A DNA stretch of 64,000 bases. It comes from Nemertoderma westbladi (taxonomy: Eukaryota; Animalia; Xenacoelomorpha). The position numbers were made by a program, and so were the translations under genes. The stretch is taken from positions 1 through 64,000 of the forward strand of contig JAUCBJ010000765.1 of the NCBI GenBank assembly GCA_032718475.1, in the 5' to 3' direction. Positions 56,886-64,000 of this stretch are shown here, in pieces. Every line of letters begins with the position of its first letter. Position 1 is the first letter of the stretch. A model generated the notes under the pieces. It saw only the letters and a program-made list of their open reading frames with translations. It had not been told where the DNA came from and searched no databases.

Positions 56886-59800
56886 ATGGCTGACACAAAG
56901 CAAACTCTGTCAGATAGTCTCCTAGAAAGAACAGTATGCGACTCCGACAGGAGTACCGAATGCTTGAGACCGAAGTTCAAGTCCCCTCCTACTGTAAGAA
57001 AGGTCATCCCTCCAGTAGTAGTATCAGATCCTAGGCTAGTAAAGCACCGTAGGTCTATCATAGGCACTCGGGCTCAAGTCAAGCGGGACCAAGAGGCAGC
57101 TGTTAAACAGCAGCAACACTCGAGCCGAGAACTTATTTCTCAGCGGCCCGATAGCTCCGGTAGTTCAGATACTGTAGAGTTGACACCCGAGCGCGGAGCA
57201 AAGATGGCAGAAGCAGTTTATTCGGATCCACTTCTCATTCTTCCTGAAGCCGTACTCACTAGAGTATTGATTGCGGTGGAGGAACATCAAATTGATTGGG
57301 CGAGAAGTAAGCGATCGACCAAGGACAGTTATGCGGGATACACAAAGGAGGAACTGAAGTCTATTGTCGAGATGCAATGGAACTTCCCCGGACCCGGACT
57401 CCCGTTTAACTTATCGGAAGCTGCCTGGGAGGACTTATACAGGATGGGAGTAGTAAAGGACACTAGAGATCCAGCTGTGTGGAAGAGGTCGGCAGCAGGA
57501 TATGTACAGGGATTCTTCAGCTCTTTGGAGCGATTAGAGGAACAACTGTTTCAACAACCCCAAGGACCTCAAGAGCAGGGAGAGCTGCTTTATCAAGTTC
57601 GAGAACGTATCCTAAGAATCAGACTAATCCTATCGGCATATGAGGAAGCCTCGAAAAGAAGCCAAGACACGTCGTTGCAAGTTGCCGTAAAGACTTGGTT
57701 CCAACGGGTGAGCCTTAAAGTTCAAGGAACATCCCAATGGAAAATTCAGCTAACTGAGCGCTCAACCCACGGAGAATCAACAGACGCTACCTTTTCTCAA
57801 GTGGAAAGCGAAGCAACATTGGAGAAGAAGAATGAAGTCTTCTCAGAAGAAGGACGCTATTGACATCTATCTGTCGGACTATCAACGATTTATAGGTGAC
57901 AAAGAGTTGAGCAGACAGCTGGCTGGACTTCACCCTACTAGTGAAGGAGCCAAATTTGTGTTAGACGCATTAGATGCGGAAATGTTAGTCGCAGAGCAGG
58001 CTAAATTTGATGAAAGCATCCTCCTCGCTAGGGAACAGGAAGAACAATTAAAGAAAAAACGGATAGAAGACAGAAAGGTAGCAGCAGCGGCAGCGGCAGA
58101 AGTTCAAAGAAAGGCGGCAGCTGCAGCGGCAGCGGCAGAAGCTGAAAGAAAAGCGGCAGCGGCAGAGGCAGAGGCTGAAAGAAAAGCGGCAGTGGCAGCG
58201 GCAGAGGCAGCGGCAGCGGCAGTGGCAGAAGCAGAAAGAAAAGCGTCAGCGGCAGAGACAGAAGCTGAAAGAAAGGTAGCAGCGGCAGAAGCGGAAAGAA
58301 AAGCGGCAGAGGCAGTGGCAGCAGCAGAACGGAGGGCATCTGAAGAGACAGTCCAACTAGAGTTGGAAAATCTTCAAGAGAAGCAAGATTACTTCAATAA
58401 ACAAAGAACAGCTAAGTATATGCAGATGATAAGTCGATCTACTCCCAAGAGACAGGGATTTACATCATCTGATGAAGGCGATACAACAGATCCTGAAGGC
58501 GGAGGAAATAGATCTCGTTCCAGCAGACGTAGAAGAACGCCTCACCATCATAAATTGCCTAATTTGCCCCCAGCTGTGAGAAGGCAACTAGCTAGTGCAG
58601 ACTTAGGTAGTACAGAACCCACAGACCAAATTATTAGAGTAGAAAGACTCCCTACTATAGTAGATGAGCCTGAAATAATTAGGCCTGTTCTCGAAGCCAC
58701 CCCTTCTGTGATAGAGACCCCTGTACTTCCAGAACCTAACTCTAAATTCCCTTTGCACAGTACTAAACTACCTGTACCCAGTAGGACTGTTCCAGAGTCA
58801 ATTCCAGTCCTGGACGCCAAGCGAGACATTAACGATTTATCGCCCGTCGTCCCTCGTCTACCCGCTACTATGTTGGTGGCTCCCGCTTCGGCGGTAGAGT
58901 GGGTGGATGAGGGACGGCGGGAGATGGGCCTCCTGCTCGGGCAGCTGACGGAACACCGTTTGTGTTCCTCTCAACAGGTCCGGGAGATGGAAGGGACTGT
59001 TCAACAGTTAAAGGGAACAGTCAGAGAGGGTAGGTTAGAGTTGCAAGAAGTGCAGCAGAGTATCGCGTTAGAACGCGATAAATTAGTAAATATACAAAGG
59101 GGTATAACACCACCCCCTGTAACAATGTGTCAACCTGTTAGGTCTGAAGTATTTCATGCGCAAGGTGTGGAGCCTACACGCATCTATACTGCTAGTGAAG
59201 TAGAAACTCCTATAGTAAACCCTATTAAGGGTAACGATAAACCTGTTGATAATGATATTCCATATAGACCTGATCATAATCCGAGAAATTTATATACCGA
59301 TAACTCGATATTGAATAATACGATGGCCCAAGAAAGTTTTACGCGTCAAATGGCTAGAACCGAAGCCCGTCAAGCGGTAAAGGTGGGAGAGATCGTCAAG
59401 TTCAATGGAGATGAGATGAAATGGTTACCTTTTAATGAATATTACAAAGATAACATACAGAACTCTGTGCTATCTAACGGAGAGAAACTTAGATTCCTCA
59501 TCGAGTGCTTGGAAGGATCTCCCAAGTTAATGGCGTTAAAGTTTATTGGACATCCAGATGGATTAAGACAAGTTTGGGATACACTAAACATCAGGTATGG
59601 TAATAGGAATAACATAGCTAGGTATTTGTATGCGAAATTGGTAGCGCCACGAAAGTTTCATAGCAGCGGGATTATAGAATTTTCCGATGAGATCCAAGAG
59701 ATTTGTAGACAATTAGATTGGCTAGGTAAGTCTCATGAGTATCAGAGTTCTATGGTTATTGGAGCTGTAGCATCTACCTTGCCAAAGGGTGGAGTAGGTA

Positions 59801-61410
59801 CTCGTTGGGACAAACGAGTTCTATATATGATGGAACAACAACGAAGAGACCCTACCATGGCTGATCTCATGTCATTCTTAGATGGAGAGGTAAAATTACA
59901 GCTCCTAAAGCAGTCCAGAGAGAAGACACTGGAAAATAAGGTAAGTGAAAAACCCGTTTCTAGGAGAAAGGTAACACCAGTGTGTTATACAGACGACGGC
60001 GAAAGCCAGACCTCTCAAGAGGATAACAATGGGAAAGACACCGAAAGATCTTACTATGTCAACAAAGCGCCTAAAGGCGTAAGTAAATTTAAGTCTCGAA
60101 CCAGTGATAGGAGAGAACAGGTAACAAAAACTCCTCCTACGTCTCCCAAGAGAGTTCATGGAAGAAAGCCCGAGGAAAGAACGAGTGTGCACAACATTAC
60201 CCAAGGTAAAGTAAGTAACATCAAACCAAAATGTGCATTGTGCGACGGGCACCACCGTTTAAGTGTGTGTGATGAATTCTTAAAGAAATCCCTAAAAGAT
60301 AGACGTGATGTCATGTGGGATAAGCGGTTATGTTATAATTGTCTCAGACAAGGACACCAATGGCGAACCTGTTATTCCGATGCGAGGTGTGCTAAGTGCG
60401 GCGCGAAACATCATATCTTGTTGCACACGAATTTGAAAGAAACAGCCCGAGTCAGGTAAGTGAGTCCGAACTATATGTCCAATTCAGTGATGTGAACGAC
60501 ACTGACCAAAGTTCTGAGATGGAAGGATTCTACACGGACGAATTCTCCGACGAAAACGAATCCTGTTATCTAATAAACACCGCGGTGTATCGAGCGCTTA
60601 CGTATGAGACTGAAACCGATAACGAAGCGCACCCGGCTATTCCTGACCGACAACCATCTTGGAAAGCACCAACTTCCAACGTCGGAATCCTGGAATTCCC
60701 TGTAGTTCAGCTAAGAGTCCATGGATTGAGTAAGAGTTTTATAGTCAACGCACTCCTGGACTCCGGCAGCACAGGAACGTTCATCGATAAAGAACTAGCC
60801 AGACATCTTCACAAGACATCTTTGCAGGACAACCCAAGTTCCGAACTAAGTTGAACCTTTCAGGAATTATGCAGGTTTGGAAATCTACAGTAGCTACAGA
60901 CTACTATTTAGGTGCGTTGTCCACTCCCCAAGACGAACTAGGAGAACACAGTATAAGGTCAGTAAAAATGGTGGCGATAAAGAACTTTGCTACCAGCCAA
61001 GTAGAACCTTACAACTGGGATGAAGACGATTTTACCCAGCAACATAATATCCCTAGATTCAACACAGACTACCCAGGGGTGCAAATTTTAATTGGCCAAA
61101 ATGCGCATGAGGCACTTGAGACACTAGAGAAACGACCTGCTCGACCGCAACCATTGCTAACTTATGCGGGAAGAACTAGAGTAGGTTGGTACTTCACTGG
61201 ACCTTCCCGTAGAACGCTCATGGAAAGATTACCCACTGAACAAGTGCACCATGGGAAGAAGAAATCAGTGAGGGAGAAATCACACCTGAGGGAACACCAT
61301 ACTCCTCAGATAACGACGATATTACTCAGCTATTTGACGACGAAAATACGGTAGACCTCCTCACTGAAAGTGAAGCTTGGAGAAACCAAGTGCACCTTTG
61401 CCATGCAAAT
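56886..61410 (+). pseudogene. gag: Element C Gag-protease, frameshifted into several ORFs
   Basis: High similarity to B Gag; ALLDSGSTG protease; frameshifts near 57840, 60425, 60800-60850 and 61250. Confidence 0.9.
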
Positions 61411-62162
61411 GCAAATTACCTGCAAATCGCAGGAGCACCTATGGGCGGTCACCACAGTAGTGATTATTCTATAATCAGTTCGTACAAAGTACTCAAGAGG
61501 GCGATAACTATTTCGCTACGGACTCCTTCATTCTTTCGTACTCTGGTGGATGATGTTTCGCCATTAACGATGAGCGACTAACTGATGAGCATTTCGAGTT
61601 CATGAAGATTGCATTCAACTCAACGTGCAGGAATTTATATAATAGTGATGCCATCCAATTTACAATGGAGTACTCCCATGCTAGTGTCGACTACCTCGAT
61701 CTAACGATAGCTGCTAATGCCTACACCCTTAGAACTCGTTTATTTAGAAAACCAATGGCTAATAAACTACCTATTATGTACTCTAGTTTCCACCATAAAC
61801 CTACGTTACGGGCAGTGGTGAAATCGGAAATTTTGCGTATTCGCCGTTTAACTGACTCAAACCATTTGTTCACATGTTATAAACACCAGTACCTCGAGTT
61901 GTGTGAGAACCGAGGCTATCCGCTGGATTTCCTCCTCTCCCTCCATGCATCAAACCCAACACCTCTTGGTCCAGTGCCGATCACGCAGCAGCCGTCTTTA
62001 CCAACAGAGGGGATAGTCCATCAGCACCCCAAAATTTGAATAAGACTACATCGAATGGGCCAAAATACACCTCTATATATCTCCCTACGACCCCACAGTT
62101 CCTGCCTGTCCTAGCGCCCGTTATCCGCAAATATAATGCTGACTTGCGTTCGCTAGGTATTA

Positions 62163-62711
62163 GTGTCCAAACGGTCCCGCGTAACCTCCCAGCCTTTAGG
62201 TATTAGTGTCCAAACGGTCCTGCGTAACCTCCCATCGTTAGGTAAACTGTTGATCACCAAGTCCGAGCCAACTCTGCCTCTTGGTAATCACTCTTGCAAT
62301 GGGCCTCGTTGCAAATGCTGCTCGGCCGTTCTAGACCAGCGCCGGACACCATGGGGTGACCCCATTCATGGGAGATTTAACTGCAAATCATTTAATGTGA
62401 TATATTTTATCAAATGTAAACTGCATCCACACTTGTGGTATCTCGGCCAGACAGAACAGCGTTTACATGAGCGCCTCCGAGGTCACCGTAGTGCCATAAA
62501 TGACGCAGCTGGCAAGGGGCTAGGAGTCGATTTATCGAGTCCTGAAGTCTTGCTACTGCAACACTTTGTTATTTGTGGGATCGGTGCGCTCAATATTACA
62601 TGTTCTAAAAGGTTTACTAACCACGAGCGTAGGATTCATTCTGAAGCGGTTCTAATTAACTTGCATCGCCCCCCACTTAATACTGTAGTTCCCCGTATTG
62701 GTCTGTACTAA
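62163..62711 (+). CDS. GIY-YIG endonuclease domain of the Penelope-like element
   Basis: VIY...YLGQT..RL..RL.GH...H...E...LN motif set. Confidence 0.85.
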   Translation: MSKRSRVTSQPLGISVQTVLRNLPSLGKLLITKSEPTLPLGNHSCNGPRCKCCSAVLDQRRTPWGDPIHGRFNCKSFNVIYFIKCKLHPHLWYLGQTEQRLHERLRGHRSAINDAAGKGLGVDLSSPEVLLLQHFVICGIGALNITCSKRFTNHERRIHSEAVLINLHRPPLNTVVPRIGLY

Positions 62712-63412
62712 AACATGTGGACTTTGTTTTGTATATTCTACTTAGGATTTTGTATTAATCAGTTTGGTTTATTTTATATCTTATTGTTTTGCTAACTATG
62801 TGGCTCGCCCCACATGCCCGTCTTTATGATAATTTCAACTCCAGTCATACAGCTGCTATTTGCTTTTTGCATAGCTGGCCCCTCTGGATATTTACCCTAT
62901 GGCGTAGTTAGTATTACTCAATCATTCTGTTTGTTTTATTTAATTAAATTTAAAGATTTTATTACTGCTTTTATTTCTGAGGTTTTTTTTACATGTTTTT
63001 TTTATATGTTTTTATACACATGTCATTCGTATACACTATATCACTGTTGTTTTATTATTTTATTAGCCTTTATTTGTTTTTATAGATATTCTACTTAATA
63101 GCAGGATAGGGTACACCATTGGTTTAGTTTTTATTTACTGTTAATTTTTAAAAGTTTTTAACATTTTAATACCTTTATTTTAAATTTTGATTTGAGTTAG
63201 TTTTGGTGCATTATGAATTTCCGATATAATTTCAAACCATGCTCAACTTCTTCTACCGGTCTGCCACTTTACACAGCTAATATCTTTATTAAAATAGTCA
63301 TAACTACTGTACACTATACAGTACCATAACGGTATCGGTTTTGTATATATCTTTGAAGGTTTTGAATTGGTTGTTTTAGTTAAATTATATTAATATTGTG
63401 TTTAAAATAATA

Positions 63413-63460
63413 TACCACTGAAGACGCGCGGGAAGCGTGAAATAGCTACTGTATATGGTA
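63413..63460 (+). ncRNA. Probable type I hammerhead ribozyme in PLE 3' region
   Basis: TACCA-CTGAAGA-C-GCGC(gggaa)GCGT-GAAA-TA(gctactg)TA-TA-TGGTA: stem I TACCA/TGGTA, core boxes CUGANGA and GAAA, short stem III, AUA cleavage triplet. Confidence 0.6.
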
Positions 63461-63576
63461 AACTAACAATATTTTATATAAGCCGTGGCTCAAGACCCTT
63501 ACTCGTCATTAATATTTATAATTTGAGTATGCTTACGCCACGAAAGGCATCGTTCCATTACATTAACTCACTTGAT

Positions 63577-63988
63577 ATTTTTACTAAGAGTTCCCTCTAT
63601 CCACTGCTATTTTTACTAAGAGTTCCCTCTATCCACTGCTATTTTTACTAAGAGTTCCCTCCATCCACTGCTATTTTTACTAAGAGTTCCCTCTATCCAC
63701 TGCTATTTTTACTAAGAGTTCCCTCTATCCAATGCTATTTTTACTAAGAGTCCCCTCTATGCACTGCCAATAAGAGTTCCCTTTATCCTCTGCTATTTTT
63801 ACTAAGAGTTCCCTCTATCCACTGCTATTTTTACTAAGAGTTCCCTCTATCCACAGCTATTTGTGCTAAGAGTTCCCTCTATCCAATGCTATTTTTACTA
63901 AGAGATCCCTCTATCCACTGCTATTTGTGCTAAGAGTTCCCTCCATCCACTGCTATTTTTACTAAGAGTTCGCTCTATCCACTGCTAT
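63577..63988. repeat. 32-bp minisatellite (about 13 copies)
   Basis: CTATTTTTACTAAGAGTTCCCTCTATCCACTG head-to-tail without unique spacers. Confidence 0.95.
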
Positions 63989-64000
63989 TGTAAGCGGATT

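Larger units (their letters stand above)
52803..61410 (+). mobile_element. BEL/Pao element 'C', diverged relative of B; 5' LTR about 52803-55013 (start uncertain), truncated by a Penelope-like insertion
   Basis: LTR, leader and gag colinear with B; LTR end GGCGAACA matches B GCGTACA; no 3' LTR in window. Confidence 0.88.
61411..63540 (+). mobile_element. 5'-truncated Penelope-like element (RT C-half, Zn linker, GIY-YIG endonuclease); 3' end approximate
   Basis: YLQIAGAPMGG, LVDD, IQFTME..VDYLDLTI, LFRKP, RGYP; HSCNGPRCKCC; NVIYFIKC..WYLGQTEQRLHERLRGH; disrupted. Confidence 0.9.

Noticed and set aside
63577-63988. CRISPR-like 32-bp repeats
   Set aside because: Head-to-tail units with no unique spacers; eukaryotic context

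Overview
Repeat-dense animal (invertebrate-like) genomic DNA with one intact host gene, an intronless choline transporter-like CTL1/SLC44A1 at 45230-47176. The window is dominated by three BEL/Pao LTR retrotransposons. Element A (881-31903, minus strand, 2.2 kb LTRs, CACCC TSD) has gag-PR, a disabled pol and an intact extra 1246-aa ORF3 containing a DEDDy/WRN-like 3'-5' exonuclease and CCHC knuckles. Element B (2996-14949, plus strand, 1272-bp LTRs, ATGGA TSD) is a young pol-deleted gag-protease-only element nested in A's 3' LTR. Element C (about 52800-61410) is an older B relative interrupted by a Penelope-like element that carries a probable hammerhead ribozyme. A inserted into a decayed PHD/OTU/MULE transposase gene, which also holds a Kolobok-type MITE and a Helentron-like insertion; hAT and PIF/Harbinger MITEs and minisatellites are also present. 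Main discovery: none of the three BEL elements has a tRNA primer-binding site. In each, the 10-11 nt directly after the 5' LTR are exactly complementary to a site inside its own LTR, with four compensatory changes between B and C and an unrelated sequence in A. This points to tRNA-independent self-priming in a BEL/Pao lineage, possibly coupled to the element-encoded exonuclease. All calls are by eye; no database searches were run.
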